A DNA stretch of 64,000 nt from positions 246,574,001 through 246,638,000 of the forward strand of contig OZ360220.1 of assembly GCA_977017645.1 (NCBI GenBank). Reading direction: 5' to 3'. Origin of the DNA: Torpedo marmorata (lineage: Eukaryota). A program made the position numbers and the translations under genes. This document shows positions 1 to 13,005 of the stretch, piece by piece. Position 1 is the stretch's first letter, and every line of letters starts with the position of its first letter. The notes beneath the pieces are model-generated. The model saw only the letters and a list, made by a program, of their open reading frames with translations. It had not been told where the DNA came from and did not search any database.

Positions 1-264
1 TTCAACGCCAGAGGTAATGTCAGGGACTGCATTACAAATAAAAGCTTGTTGTATTTGTTATCTGTGCTTCATTGGTTACATTTTTTTAAATGAATTCAGC
101 CTGTAGGTTATATCTAAATATCTAATTTCTCAGGAATTCAGGACTTCTATTTGTTGTTAATAAAGCTTGGAAAATGTACATTTAGCTTCATCTAACACAC
201 CTGCTGGATCCAGTGGGGAAGAGATGGTTGTGGTGAATTGACTCCAAACTAATAGAACAGCAAT

Positions 265-355
265 AAAAACAGAAAATGTGGTAACTACTCAGAGAATCAG
301 GCATCATCTGAAGAGAGAAACAGAATTTGTGTTTTGGGGTGATGATCTTTCAACA
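265..355 (-). mobile_element. Penelope-like element terminal (pLTR) relic
   Basis: aaaacagaaaatgtggtaactactcagagaatcaggcatcatctg...agaaacagaa is a degenerate reverse-complement match to the terminal sequence of the Penelope copies at 23587-23621 and 23960-24005. Confidence 0.55.
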
Positions 356-1579
356 TTACTCTTCAATTTGCTTTTATCCGCAGCGGCAGCAGAAAGCAAT
401 TAGCGAGATGTCTTATAGTACCTCTTTTACTTCTCTTTTGGCTAAGTAGTAATATAAAATCAACATATGTAAAACTAATCCTAAAATCCTATTTTTAAGA
501 CTGAAAGTGCCTTGCCACAATGAAGTGCTTTAGAACAGTCAATGGGTTGCTTGAAAATTGTTTAGATTGTAATTATAACATGGCTGACATTTATTTTTCC
601 ATTTCAATAAGGCTTGTGCTGGAATAAATGTTGCATCATTATAACATAAATTGGAAGATTAAAGGTCTGAAAATTAGGACTCAATAGCTTTATTACAGTG
701 TTGATTGTTATAGCTGAGTGCCTTTATAAATTAGATTGTGAGGTAGTTTACTGACACCTGCTTATTTCTGACTTTTACTTGCCTGCCAACTATAGCCTTT
801 CCCTAGTCTAATACTTCTGCACTCAGCTAATAATCTCTCTACGAACACAACAGTTTTCTATGCATATAAAAAAAAGTGACTAATGAATGGCTGTATAAAA
901 TTTAGCATGATGGATACTGAATGTCATCAGACAACTGAGTAAAATTGAATTCATGCAATATCTGCAAAATTTGTTATAGGTAATTTGGGTACAAATTTTA
1001 GGTTAAATTATTTCATGGAATCAGAATACTGGATGCCATTTTATTACAATAGCATTTACTTTGAAAAATGCCTCATGATTTTTCGTTTGTTGCCATTGCA
1101 TTTTCTCCAAAGCACAATGAGAAGGGACTGCTGCATTTCCAGGTTCCTCTCTTTCATTGCCAATAAATGTTAACTGCCTTTTTTAAGGAATTCAAGTAGA
1201 TCATTGTGGAATTTTACAAGTATGAATCCTGTCGGAAATATTGTTGCTTACACGAGTCCCCATTATCTCCTCAACATGGTTTAGGCTGCGTGAGGAGTCT
1301 ACCTCTGTTTTAGCCTGAGAATATAGGAATAGGAAAATGATTTCCCCAGGACCATACTCCAATGTCCTTCTTCCCTCATGCTTAAATATTAATAGAAATT
1401 TGTATTAAATCTTACATAAGAGTGAAAGGGACATTGTTTACAATATTATCATCCAAGGGATTAAATTTCCATAATATGTTCAGAGTTTATCAGGAGACGA
1501 TATCAATGTTCGATTTAATAAAATTAAGCATTTTTTAAACTACTCCTCGGTTAAATATTAAAATGAAACATCTTTGGTG

Positions 1580-1685
1580 AAACTGGTGCAGGTCACTGGG
1601 ACTAGACTAGGCAGAATAATAGTTTGGCACAGACCAGATGGGCGGTAGGGCCTGTTTCTGTGCTGCAGTTTTCTATGGTTCTGTG
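1580..1685 (+). mobile_element. CR1 LINE 3'UTR fragment
   Basis: gatgggcggtagggcctgtttctgtgctgcagttttctatggttct resembles the CR1 3' stem plus TTCTAT-type tail. Confidence 0.6.
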
Positions 1686-2605
1686 GTCACAATTTAAAAG
1701 TCTGCATGATAACTTTTTTGATATTAGAATTGATGAGTGATATTTCAGTGAGCTTGGAGTACTAGTGTCACCTAGCTGCAGTACTGGATAAAATTGTACA
1801 ATAGAAATATTTCAAAATAATTTGACCACAACCACCAAGAACCAAACCAGATATTAAGAGAAAAATACATAATATGTTTAGATTTGATTTCCAACCCATT
1901 TTATATTTTCTTAAATGAGGTGCAAGCTTTGATCTGTTTAATTGTATATTAAGGTGAAGAGTAAGGTCTAATGAGAAATCTCAGGGCACACATCAAAGTC
2001 TGCGGTTATGCTGCAATTTGAATGAGTGCAGTCAATGATTTGTGTAAAACTGATAAAAGGGACAATTAGTTGTTTATCTCTTCTTAGTTTTACCTGTAAA
2101 AATCACATAAATGAATGGTCTTTGGCAGCTTTGTTTTAAATAAAGAATAATGCAGATGTAGAAAAATACCATCACAGTGGTTTGTTTCGTTTGGAATAAC
2201 AACTTGCAAAGAGAGATCAAGTGATGAGGCAAAATTGGTCAAGATGGCATTCACTGTGGAGAGTGAAATGTTATTCACATTGGATTTGAGGAAGACCACT
2301 CAGAATATCTTCGTAATTGAGAGAAAGTGGGAGTAATTTTATGAAAATCTGCAAAATCCAGTATTCCAAAAGGAGCCAAGGGTTATCACAGGGCTTTGGC
2401 AGGGAGGGGGTGCTGCATTCTCTTTAAGTTCTGGTGAATTCAACACCAAGATGGACCAAGCATTGAAAGATGAAATTATGGAGAGAAATTCTGCAAATTT
2501 GCCTTGAGTGATACCAGGGGTTTTACTGTATTTTGATTGTACCTTTGTGAAACATTTTGGCTATTTTCAAAGGCACTGTATAAATTCTAGTTACTGTTCC
2601 ATATA

Positions 2606-3260
2606 CAGTACGTTTCCGATTATCCGAAACGCTCGGGACCAGACGTGTATCGGTTAACTGCATTTTTTGGATAACTGAGAAATGGCTTTAAGCAGCCCAG
2701 AAGCATCAGCAGAATACTTGTATCGGCCGTCGCCAATCGCCGACACCTCCCCGTCGCTGAACCTGCCCGGGAACCCGAGGTCCCCGATCCAATCCCAGAC
2801 ATCTCCCCACCGCCGTCGCTGAACTTGCCCGGGAGCCCGAGGTCCCCACTCCGATTTCCCCCCCCCCCCCCCCTCCAGTCCGACTTTGCCAAAAATCAGT
2901 TGTTTCCCCCCCCCCCACCCCCGTGCGGTTACCCTAATGCCCCCCGATTAGATTTGTTCTGACATCAACTCTGGGAACAGCGGAGAACCAAGTACAGTGG
3001 AGGGTAAAGAAGAAATGGAAAGAGAGAGGGGAGGGAGTTACCTGAAACGAGGACAATCTCCCCATGCGTTGCGTGACCCGCCGACTTCCTCCAGTCGCTC
3101 ACTGATGTTACCAAACTGGCGCTAACAGCACGTCAGAGCCCCACATGAGCACATTGGGTGAATTTTTTTTTCAACTTGTGACGTAATGTTGCCGCCAAAA
3201 TTTTTTTCAGATAACTGAGAATTTCAGTTAAGTGGTTTTCTGATAATCGGAAATGTACTG
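2606..3260. mobile_element. Tc1/mariner (pogo/Tigger-type) MITE
   Basis: 24-bp TIR CAGTACGTTTCCGATTATCCGAAA versus reverse complement CAGTACATTTCCGATTATCAGAAA (2 mismatches). TA on both flanks (2604-05, 3261-62). GC-rich interior with a ~35-bp duplication. No transposase. Confidence 0.9.
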
Positions 3261-3674
3261 TAGTACAAAATGTATGCTGTGGCTATGTATGGAGTCTACC
3301 CAGCTCACTGACAGACTAACAGAACAAGCTCCACATGTTCACCACTAGGCTATCAAAAACAGTGAAGAAATCATTTATCAAAGTTGCAGAGGTTGAAGTG
3401 AAAACATTAATATATTTAACCTGTCAAAATCAGACATCTTGATGTATTGAACTATCTAAATATCAGAGCTTTGATGGGTAGAATTGTGGTACATTATTGA
3501 ATTCACATTACTGAAAAATAACCAGAGTGTATATGCTGTATATAAAAAAAAAAAGAATTATGTCATGATTAACAGAATAAACTAGTTTTCCAGGTTAAAA
3601 TTGTGAATACAACCCTGTGGAGAATCATTAAACAATTTAAGCATTCATTTTAACATAGTATTTACTGTGTAGTA

Positions 3675-4278
3675 CAGGTGCCTAACCTTTTATCCGAAAA
3701 CCTTGGGACCGGACACTTCGGAATTCGGATTTTTTCGGATTATAGAAGCCGACATCTCCGCTACTGCCGACCCGGGAGGCCGACGTCATCGGCCCCGTTG
3801 TGATTTGGAACGCCGACTTAATTCCTGACCTGCCAGGAGGCCGACGCCAGCCTAGCTCCTGACCTGCCGGGAGGCTGACGTCAGCCCTGTTACTGACCTG
3901 CCGGGAGGCCGACACCGGCACCGCTCCTGCGTTGTGATTTGGAATGCATGCGTAGATTTCCGTCACTCTCTCTCCCTCTTCAATCTCTCTCCCTCCCCAG
4001 CGACGGCAATCTGCACGTGTTCCAAATCAGAGGCTCTGGACAAGGGCGGGGGGGTTGCAGCAGCATCTGTACCTGTACGACGTCTCCGCTGCTGCCAGGA
4101 GGCCAACGTCCTCGACGTTCCACTAACTACCGACGCGGACTGACACGAGATTTTTAAGCATGAGTTAAGTGTAGGTCGCGTCGGGTCATGTTTGGTGAGC
4201 ACATGACATACATGAAAAAAAGTTCGGTTTTCAGAGGTTTCCGGTTTTCAGAATTCCGGATAAAGGCTTAGGCACCTG
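3675..4278. mobile_element. Tc1/mariner (pogo/Tigger-type) MITE, second family
   Basis: TIR CAGGTGCCTAACCTTTTATCCG versus reverse complement CAGGTGCCTAAGCCTTTATCCG. TA TSD (3673-74, 4279-80). Interior has tandem ctgacctgccgggaggccgac units. Confidence 0.9.
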
Positions 4279-4299
4279 TAGCAGCTTATTCAGGCCTAC

Positions 4300-4900
4300 A
4301 GATCCATGTAGGTGTTTATGCTCTTTGTGAGCCTCTGACTATGTACTTGATCCGTCCTTCAACAAACTCTTTTATTTCTCTCTCACATATTTATCTAACA
4401 TTTCCTTAAATGCCTTCATTCTAGTCATCTTGTTCACTCCTTGTAGTGACAAATTTTATATTCTAATCACTGAATAAAGAAATTCTTGAATATCCTATTG
4501 GATTTATTTGGGATTTTATGTTTACGGCTTTTCTTCTGATTGCCACGATATTTTCTTTTTGCCCCATCAGATTCTTCCATCTTCTTGCTGACCTCCCCTC
4601 GTGCCAGTGTTCAGACTTTTTATTTGAGTGAAAAATCCTCAGTTTGTTAAATTTATCTTGGTGGATAAAACTCAACTCTACGAAGTGTTTCCCGCAGCTT
4701 CTCCAGTATCTGCATAAACTTTATGATCCTACCAAAGTTTTGCATAATTTCTGTGATTTTTATTTCTACCTATCCAGAAATACCGGTAAATACTGTAAAG
4801 CTTTAAAAGTGTTGTGCCTAATCAAAGGGCCTTTTTGAAATCCAAGTATAACTGCTGCTTGTATTTAGTTCCTCAAATAATTGATCAAGCATAATCTCTG
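4300..4900 (-). mobile_element. Old CR1 relic
   Basis: Degenerate similarity to the antisense CR1 3' region (attctaatcactgaataaagaaattcttgaatatcctattggattta). No intact ORF; boundaries approximate. Confidence 0.4.
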
Positions 4901-4988
4901 CTTTTAAAATCTATACTGACTACTTATTAGTACATTTTAAGTTTCGAGATGTTCAGCAGGTTACGGGTGGTGTTTTTGATGTAGTCTT

Positions 4989-6079
4989 CAGAATCAGAAT
5001 CAGAATCAGAATTTATTGTCATGAACAAGTCATGAAATTCGGTGCTTTGCGGCAGCATCATAGTGCAATTAACATTCATATTAACCATTCTAACGACATT
5101 ACTATATAAAAATTATAAACAATAGTGCACTAGTGTCTTTGGTTCATTGATTGTTCAGGAATCTGATGGCAGCGGGGAAGAAGCTGACCTTGTGCCGTTG
5201 AGTGCTCGTCTTTAGGCTCCTGTACCTTTTCCCCGATGGAAGCAGCGTGAAGAGGGCATGGCCTGGGTGGTGGGGGTCCTTGAGGATAGAGGCTGCTTTA
5301 TTAAGACATCGCCTCATGTAGATGTCCTCGATGGAGTGAAGTTTGGTGCCCGTGATGTCACAAGCCGAGGTAACAACCTTCTGGAGTTTGCACTTGTCCT
5401 GGGAGTTGGCACCACCATACCAGGCAGTGATGCAACCAGCTAGAATGCTCTCCACGGTACACCTGTAGAAGTTCACAAGAGTCTTTGGCGACATACCGAA
5501 TCTCCGCAATCGCCTCACAAAGTATAGCCGCTGACGAGCCTTCTTTGTGATTGCATCCACGTGGATGCTCCAGGACAGATCCTCGGAGATGTTGACACCC
5601 AGGAATTTGAAGTTCTTGACCCTCTCCACGACTGAGCCCTCGATGAGGACTGGGTTGTGTTCCCCTGACTTCCTCCTGAAGTCCACAATCATCTCCTTGG
5701 TTTTACTGACGTTGAGCTCGAGGTTGTTGTCATTACACCATTCAATGAGCTGATCTATCTCCCTCCTGTACGCTTCCTCATTGCCGTTTGTGATTCTGCC
5801 GACAACTGTGGTGTCATCGGCAAACTTGTATATGGCATTGGAATTGTGCCTGGCCTCACAGTCATGAGTGTATAGCGAGTAGAGCAGTGGGCTAAGCACA
5901 CATCCTTGGGGTGCGCCTGTGTTGATAATCAGTGAGGAGGAGACGTTGTTTCCAATTCGTACTGACTGTGGTCTTCCGATGAGAAAGTCAAGGATCCAGT
6001 TGCAGAGTGGGGTACAGAGGCCTAGAGTTTGTAGCTTCTTGACCAGCACTGAGGGAATAATGGTATTGAAGGCCGAGCT
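4989..6079 (-). mobile_element. 5'-truncated Rex/Babar-type LINE (RT C-terminal half), young copy
   Basis: Uninterrupted frame 5144-6079 with [35 protein letters not shown] and the C-terminal [13 protein letters not shown]...YRCTVESIL. 3'UTR ends AATAAA-(TTCTGA)n. The first ~22 aa of the tracked ORF are flanking DNA. Confidence 0.92.
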
Positions 6080-6084
6080 TTTGA

Positions 6085-7060
6085 TAAAATCCCTCATGAC
6101 ACGCAAATAAAAGTAAAAGCCTGTGGGATGCAAGGAAAACAGCAACTCAGTGGATAGTGGTCATTTGGAATTTTAGTGACTGGAGGACTGTGACGGGGTG
6201 TTTGTGATATGTTCATGGTGGACTTAGTGTAGGTGGCACATTTATGACGTTTACCAATCATACTGGAATTGGCAAACCAGTTGATTGCATGGAAGCAAGT
6301 TCTCGGCTGAAAGAAGATATCAACGTACTGGTTAGGTGAGCATAGATATAACAAATGGAATTCCATTCATGATGTCATTCATGTTTAGAAAACAAAGAAG
6401 ATGAAGGAATGCAAGGTAAACAGTGAGATATTAAGTGTAAAGGAACTGAGGGATTTTGGAGCATGTATTCACTAACAGGTGAACAAGGTGGTTAAGAAGG
6501 CAGAGTTGATGCTTGATTTTATTGACCATGACTTTAAGTAAGGAGATCATGATGGATCAAATGAAATGCTCATAAGGCCACAGATAGAAGAGGGTGCACG
6601 GTATTGGTCACCACACCAGAGGAAGGATTTGAAGAAACTAAAGATGTTGCTGAGGAGTTTCATGAGGATCTTGGGAATTGTAGATAAAATCAGAGATTTA
6701 ACCAAGCTGGGATTATTTGGAATGAAGGAGTCAGATGAGAGATTTGATTTAATGAGCACAAATAAATAGAGGCCCAGCCAGGGTGAATAGATATGACCTA
6801 ATTCCAACAAAACAATATCTGATTCCCTTGGAAGAGATTGTTAATAATGGGACATGGATTTAAATTCATTGTAGAAGGATGACAAGACAGTGGTTTAAAA
6901 AGTCGATGACAAGACAGTGGATTAAAAAGTCAAGGTCTAGAATTCACTCCCTGATAGAGTGGCAGAAGAAGAATCACACATCATTTTCAAAAGCTACCTG
7001 GTGAGCACTTGAAGAGTTGTAATCCTCTAGTCCAGGGAGAGAAAGATGGGATGTGGGACA
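6085..7060 (+). mobile_element. Degraded CR1 LINE
   Basis: Peptide LIRPQIEEGARYWSPHQRKDLKKL (6566-6769) aligns by eye to LVRPHLEYCIQFLSPNLRKDI of the CR1 at 33405. Confidence 0.7.
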
Positions 7061-7077
7061 TGCACTTAATGGGTTCA

Positions 7078-7160
7078 ATACACCAACGTGCTGGAGAAAC
7101 TCAGCAAGTCACACACCCTTATGTAGCAAAGATATGTGACCAATGTTTTGGACCTGAGTG
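7078..7160 (-). mobile_element. Penelope terminal fragment
   Basis: gctggagaaactcagcaagtca...tatgtagcaaag is the reverse complement of 23568-23607. Confidence 0.75.
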
Positions 7161-7527
7161 TAATGGGGACTCCTATACTGCATATTTCTATGATTTATAT
7201 TACATCTTCAAGTAAGTTTGCTATTTTTCTGCACTACACATTAAGCTATGTGTGGTGTGGCTTGCTGGAATTGTTCCATCTCCCTTTATAAATATATGAA
7301 TAACATTAGGTGTTCACTAGTCCTATCCAAAAAAAATTTCACTGATATATAATAAATGCTATTCCCTTCCCTAACTTGCATCTGGCTGCAGTCAATCTGA
7401 ACTGGGCTTTTGCCCTGTCTGAATTTAATCAATTAATTAATTAATCTTTTCTGCCTTAAATGTCTTTATCTGATGTCATGTATACCAAATTAATCTTCCA
7501 GTTAAATACTAAGCCAAAGTAAATATA

Positions 7528-7948
7528 CCGTATATACTCATGTCATAATTGAGTTTTGAGGACCAATTTTTCGGGTCAAATTTGGGGGGGGCGACTACTT
7601 ATGACCGCGGTAAGTACCTACGGCGTCCAAGGCGTCGGGAACTCAGATGGCCGGGACCGGGTGGTAAGTCCGCATTTGGGGCGTTGGGAGCTCGGATGGG
7701 CGGGCAGCCGGGGCCAAGGAGAGAGTCTGGCCGGGGCGTCGGGAGCTCTGGTGTTTGGGCGGCCGGGGCGTCGAGAGCTCCGGATGGGCGAGCAGCAGAG
7801 GCGAGGGTTTGCAATCGGGGGGTCGGGAGCTCAGATGGGCGGGCGGTCGGGGCCAAAAAATGGGGGGTCGACTTTTACATGGGTCATACGGAAAACACGA
7901 TTTTTGGGCCAAAAAAGGGGAGGTCGACTATTACAGGAATATATACGG
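7528..7948. mobile_element. Tc2/pogo-like MITE
   Basis: Termini CCGTATATAC... and ...ATATATACGG form an imperfect ~25-bp TIR. Left flank TA, right flank TC. Interior has about 5 diverged gggcgtcgggagctcggatgggcg repeats. Confidence 0.8.
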
Positions 7949-9439
7949 TCATGTATTTTACATTGGTGTTATTATGTGTCGCCTATTCTATCCCAACCTC
8001 TCTTGATTTTAGTTTTCTTATTATGAATATGTAGAAAACTTTGCTAACCTTATCCAAATTCCATGCAATTTTAATCTTTTGGTTACTCTTTTCCATTTTT
8101 GTTGCCTTTTTACCGGATAATTTGCTGATCTCTTTTGCTACCTGTTTCTGGGTTATGTGTACTTTGTTTTTTTCTTTAATTGCGTACAATACGGCATATT
8201 CCATTTGCGAGCTCACAGTATAAAATCATTACTCTGAACATGGTTCCACTTCCTTTTAGCACTTAATAGTGACTAGTTTTTTACTTCTCAACTTAAGATT
8301 TGCTATTCACTTTAGATGACCCCGATTTTCTTTGCATTTGTGACTGTACTTTTTTTTTGCTTTCTCGTCATTATGGCATTTGCAAAAAATAATTAGTTTT
8401 ACTTTTTTCTCGTATGCTTGTTTCCTCGTTTCTCTATTGTCAGTTGCACTGGTAGCATTGATGCAGTGGACAGTGTGACATCATGTCCACACGACAAGCT
8501 CTATTTTGGTAATTAATGAGGATTCCTGTGAGCGGAAGAAAAATATATACCTTCCTCAGAATGCATTGTACTTGGAATATCTTTTGACCCTTACCTTGCA
8601 CTTGCTGTGATGAATCAACGATACAAATAACAAGGAAGAAATCAGTCAAAAAATTGTTCTGATAAATCATGTGATATTTCAAAACTAAAGAGTTAGCTTT
8701 CAGGTTTTCAAGAAAGCTAAAGGAATGACATAGTGAGATTTAAACTGCTAAACTTTTTGTAGTAAGTAAAGTGTGTTCATTGCTCCATTTACCAAGCTTG
8801 CTGTAGTATTGAATAACCTTCAGGGCTGAAGCTCTGTCCTTCTCTTGGTGTTGTCTTTGAAAATTGCATCCAGAATTAGTGAGCAGGAACAGTTAAGATT
8901 TACAAACAATGATGGAGCTTGTCATGCTTCTTTCACAATTTATCATCTGGGCCCGATGGCAGGGCGGTGTAGTATTCTTCATAAAACCAGCCCAGTGTGA
9001 AATATGCCTCACTGAAGTGTATACTGCTCTAAAACTCCTTGGCAGTCTTTACTGTAAATCCGCATAGCCATCTGACATTACAGTATATCATTAAGGAATG
9101 CAGGCTGGAATCTGTGCATGAGTGCAATTGACATAGCACTGAACTGCTCAGAGCTGCGTTAGGGTGAAGTCTGTGTCAGCCACTCTGTTACTTGGGACAA
9201 ATGTTCGTTTTAGCCGTGGAATAGCTCAGAATTAGCACAACTTCTATGATTTTTTTAAATGGAGTGCATGGTTAGATTACAGTCATATTTCCTTTGAATG
9301 CAGCTGTTCTTTGGATGTATGCAATACTGAAATTTGATCAAATTGTCCATGTGTTAAATGTAAGATCTAACATTAAAAAAACACTGCATGCTAACCTTCC
9401 TGACTCTAAGCTAAGTATCAGACCCTATATCCTTTCTAT

Positions 9440-9785
9440 TACTGTTAGCTACCTTAATATCTCCTAATCTACTGCTGCCTCACGTTATTTGCTGATTTAT
9501 ATCTCATCCACATTCTTGTCTGTTGCAACGCTCTCCTGCACTGTGGCCTCCTCTGCATTAACTGTAAATTCAACTCATCAAAAACTTTTCTGCTCATGTT
9601 TTAATTTGCATTCCATCTGATCAAAATTTTGTTCCTGTTTACCTAAATTAGCTACTGCTCTATCAAACCTCTAATTTTGTAACTGGCATTTTTTAAAAGT
9701 TTATACCCAAGGTTCTGCCCTTCTGTTACCTGTTATCTCCTCCAACTCTAGACCATGATCTCTCTCTCCGCTCCATGTATTCCAA
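9440..9785 (+). mobile_element. Ancient L2-like LINE relic
   Basis: Broken translation CNALL...QLIKNFSAHVL resembles the L2 ORF2 C-terminus (YCNALL..L..LQLIQNSAARIL). Confidence 0.45.
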
Positions 9786-9787
9786 AT

Positions 9788-12255
9788 TTCAGAATCAGGT
9801 TTATTGTCATGAACATGTGTCACGAAATTTGTTGTTTCATGGCACCAGATTTGTGCATTACAGGTGCAAAATTGCTATAAATTACGGTTCTGTAAATACA
9901 ATTTTAAAAACAAATCATTAATGCAAAAAAAGTGAGGTAGTGTCTATCGGTTCATTGTCCGTTCAGAAATCTGATGACGGGGGGAAGAAGCTGTTTTTGT
10001 AACATTGGATGTGCCTGTACCTCCTTCCTGATGGTAGAGGTGAGAAAAGGGCATGAACTGGGTGGTGAGGGTCCTTGATGATAGAGGGTGTTTTCTTGAG
10101 ACACCGCCTCTTTAAAATGGCCTTAATGGAGTGAGACTAATGTTGGCCGATTTTAAACCCTCTGTAGCTTCTGTGCATTGGAACCTCCATACCGGACAGT
10201 GATGCAACCAGTCAGAATGCTCTCCACGGTCAACCTGCAGAAATTTGCAAGTCTTTGGTGACATACTAAATCTCCTCAAAATCCTAATGAAATACAGTAT
10301 AGCCGCTGAGGAGCCTTTTGATGATTGCATCGACATGATGGCCCCAGGTTAGATCTTCAGAGATGTTGATACCCAGGAATTTGAAGTTCTTTACCCTCTT
10401 CACTGCTGACCCCTCGATGAGGACTGGTTTGTGTTCTCCTGATTTCTCTTCCTGAAGTTCACAATCAATTCCTTAGTTTTGCTAATGTTGAGTGCAAGGT
10501 TGTTGTTGTGACATCACTTAACTAGCTGATCTATCTCACTCCTGTAAGCTTTCTTATTGCCGTCTGTGATTCTGCCGACAACCGTGGTGTCATCGGCAAA
10601 TTTGTAGATGGTATTTGAATTGTGCCTAGCCACACAGTCATGGGAGTAGAGAGAGTAGAGCAGTGGGCTAAGCACGCATCCTTGAGGTGCACATGTGTTG
10701 ATTGTCAGTGAGGAGGAGACGTTGTTACCAATCCACACTGACTGTGGACTTCCGATGAGGAAGTCAAGGATCCAGTTGCAGAGGGAGGTGCAGAGGCCCA
10801 GGTTTTGAAGCGTGCTGACCAGTACTGAGGGGATGATGGTGTTGAAAGCTGAGCTGTAATCGATGAAAAGCAGCCTGATGTGCATATTGCTGTTGACCAG
10901 GTGATCCACGGCTGAGTGGAGAGCCAGTGAGATTGCATCTGCTGTGGAACCATTGTAGCTGTAGGCAAATTGCAGTGGGTCCAAGTCTTTTCTTGGATAC
11001 GAGTTCATTCTGGCCATGACCAACCTCTCAAAGCATTTAATTTCAGTAGATATAAGTGCTACTGTGCGATAATCATTGAGGCAGCTCACTCTGCTCTTCT
11101 TGGGCACCGAACAGTATGATTGATGCCCTTTTGAAGCAGGTGGGAACCTTTGAGAAATTGAAAATGTCCGTGAACACTCCAGCTAGTTGGTTGGCACAGA
11201 TTTTCAGTACCCTGCCAGGTACACCATCAGGGCCTGACGTCTTGCGAGGGTTCACCCTCTTGAAAGATGTTCAGATGTTGGCCTCTGAGACAGATATTAC
11301 AGGGTCATCAGCTTCTGCAGGGATTCTCATTGGTACAGTTGAATTTTCCTTTTCATAGTGAGCATAAAAGGTGTTCAGCTCATCGGAGACTGAAGCATCA
11401 CAGCCATTTACGATGTTAGGCTTCTTCTAATGGCCTGCAAGCCCTGCCATAGCTGGCGAGTATCTGATTCTGTTTATAAACTCACTCAGAATTACCTCTT
11501 TGCTGCTAAGATAGCCTTCCGTAGGTCGTACCTGGACTTCCTATAGAGATCTGTATCATCAGTCTTAAACACCATCAACCTAGCCCTCAGCAGGTTGCGA
11601 ATCCTCTGGTTTTTGGTTGGGGTACTCACGGTATGTGCGCGTGGGCACACTCATCCACATAGATCATGAGGTGTCTGCAGAGATTCGGTATGTCACCGAA
11701 GACTCGTAAACTTCTACAGGTGTACCGTGGAGAGCATTCTGGCTGGTTGCATCACTGCCTGGTATGGAGGCGCCAACTCTCAGGACAAGAGTAAACTCGA
11801 GGGTTGTTAACTCGGCCTGTGACATCACAGGCACCAAACTTCACTCCATCGAGGACATCTACATGAGGCGGTGTCTTAAAAAAGCAGCCTCTATCCTCAA
11901 AGACCCCCACCACCCAGGCCATGCCCTCTTCACTCTGCTTCCATCGGGAAAAAGGTACAGGAGCCTAAAGACAAGCACTCAATGGCACAAGGACAGCTTC
12001 TTCACACTGCCTTACTTTTCGTGCACTATGATTTATAATTTTTACAGTAATGTCGTAAGATGGTTAATATGAATGTTAATTGCACTATGATGCTGCCGCA
12101 AAACACCTAATTTCATGACTTGTTCATGACAATAAATACTGATTCTGAAATGAAGTCGGTGACATCTGTGGCATGCATATTCATTCAAGTTTGAAGATGA
12201 ATCCTTGAATATGGTCCAGTCCACCGATTCAAAGCAGTTTCTGCACCATTGCTCC
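9788..12255 (-). mobile_element. Older Rex/Babar-type LINE, frameshifted, interrupted by a nested copy
   Basis: RT pieces [46 protein letters not shown] and YKFADDTT. Upstream piece CFESVDWTIFKDSS lies at 12149-12255. Tail AATAAA-cctgattctgaa at the left end. Confidence 0.9.
11669..12148 (+). mobile_element. Nested 5'-truncated Rex/Babar LINE (same family as 4989-6079)
   Basis: [57 protein letters not shown] is almost identical to the 5144 ORF. Ends aataaatactgattctga; the host LINE resumes immediately after. Confidence 0.9.
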
Positions 12256-12932
12256 AAATATTCACTTTTTTATTGTTTTTTTTTGTTTGCCTATAAACTG
12301 TACTTAACTTTAATTCAAAATTATCTGGAATTTTCTAAATTTGCTTTATTCTGCAGATTTCTTATGTTTGTTGCGTTTGTAATAAAAAAAAGTTCATACT
12401 TTTGATTTGGTAGTTAGTACAGAAAATCAAACTTGGCTAGCATGCTCTGTCAAATCAAAGTATTGTTAGAATTAAAATGTTGACCTAGGAATTATTTTAA
12501 TGGAGTTTAACAATCTGTGTGTTTTCTGAACTTTTTTAAATGCCATGAGAATTGTGACCTGCAGTTGTGATGTTCCCAGGGTACGATCGCTGAGTTTCTC
12601 TGTGTAATGTTGCTGCTCTGTTGATCCATGCAAGATCCTGCAGGTGCTTGCATTTAGCCTCACACAGGTGGCCTGAGTTGCTATCCAAGGGGTATATGGA
12701 CATCACAAACAACAGTCTTCCATCTACTGGAGCGTGCTGGTGCTTCAAGAATGGATCCTGCAACAGAGGCAGAAAGAAAGGTGGGTGCACTCACAGGGTC
12801 AAAGAGAGGTTAGTGTACCTCCAGGAAGTAGTTCTCTGTTTAAAGGGTCCACTTAGTCCTCTGGCAGGTGGTTACCAGGGTGACTCGTGTAAACAATAAT
12901 GCTATGAATGCGTCCTGTGAATGCCTGCAATT

Positions 12933-12978
12933 TTCATAGATGCCTATGTCCACCTTTCATAGATGCCTATGTCCACCT
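12933..12978. repeat. Perfect 23-bp tandem duplication
   Basis: TTCATAGATGCCTATGTCCACCT x2. Confidence 0.95.
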
Positions 12979-13005
12979 CATCTCTTCCTGTGGGCTGAAT
13001 GAAAA

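Noticed and set aside
3760-3920. CRISPR-like repeat-spacer array
   Set aside because: These are diverged tandem units inside a MITE in vertebrate DNA, with no unique spacers or cas genes.
7549-8034. Overlapping 80-160 aa ORFs (also at 2620-2918 and 3682-4202)
   Set aside because: They coincide with GC-rich MITE interiors, and stop codons are absent because of base composition.
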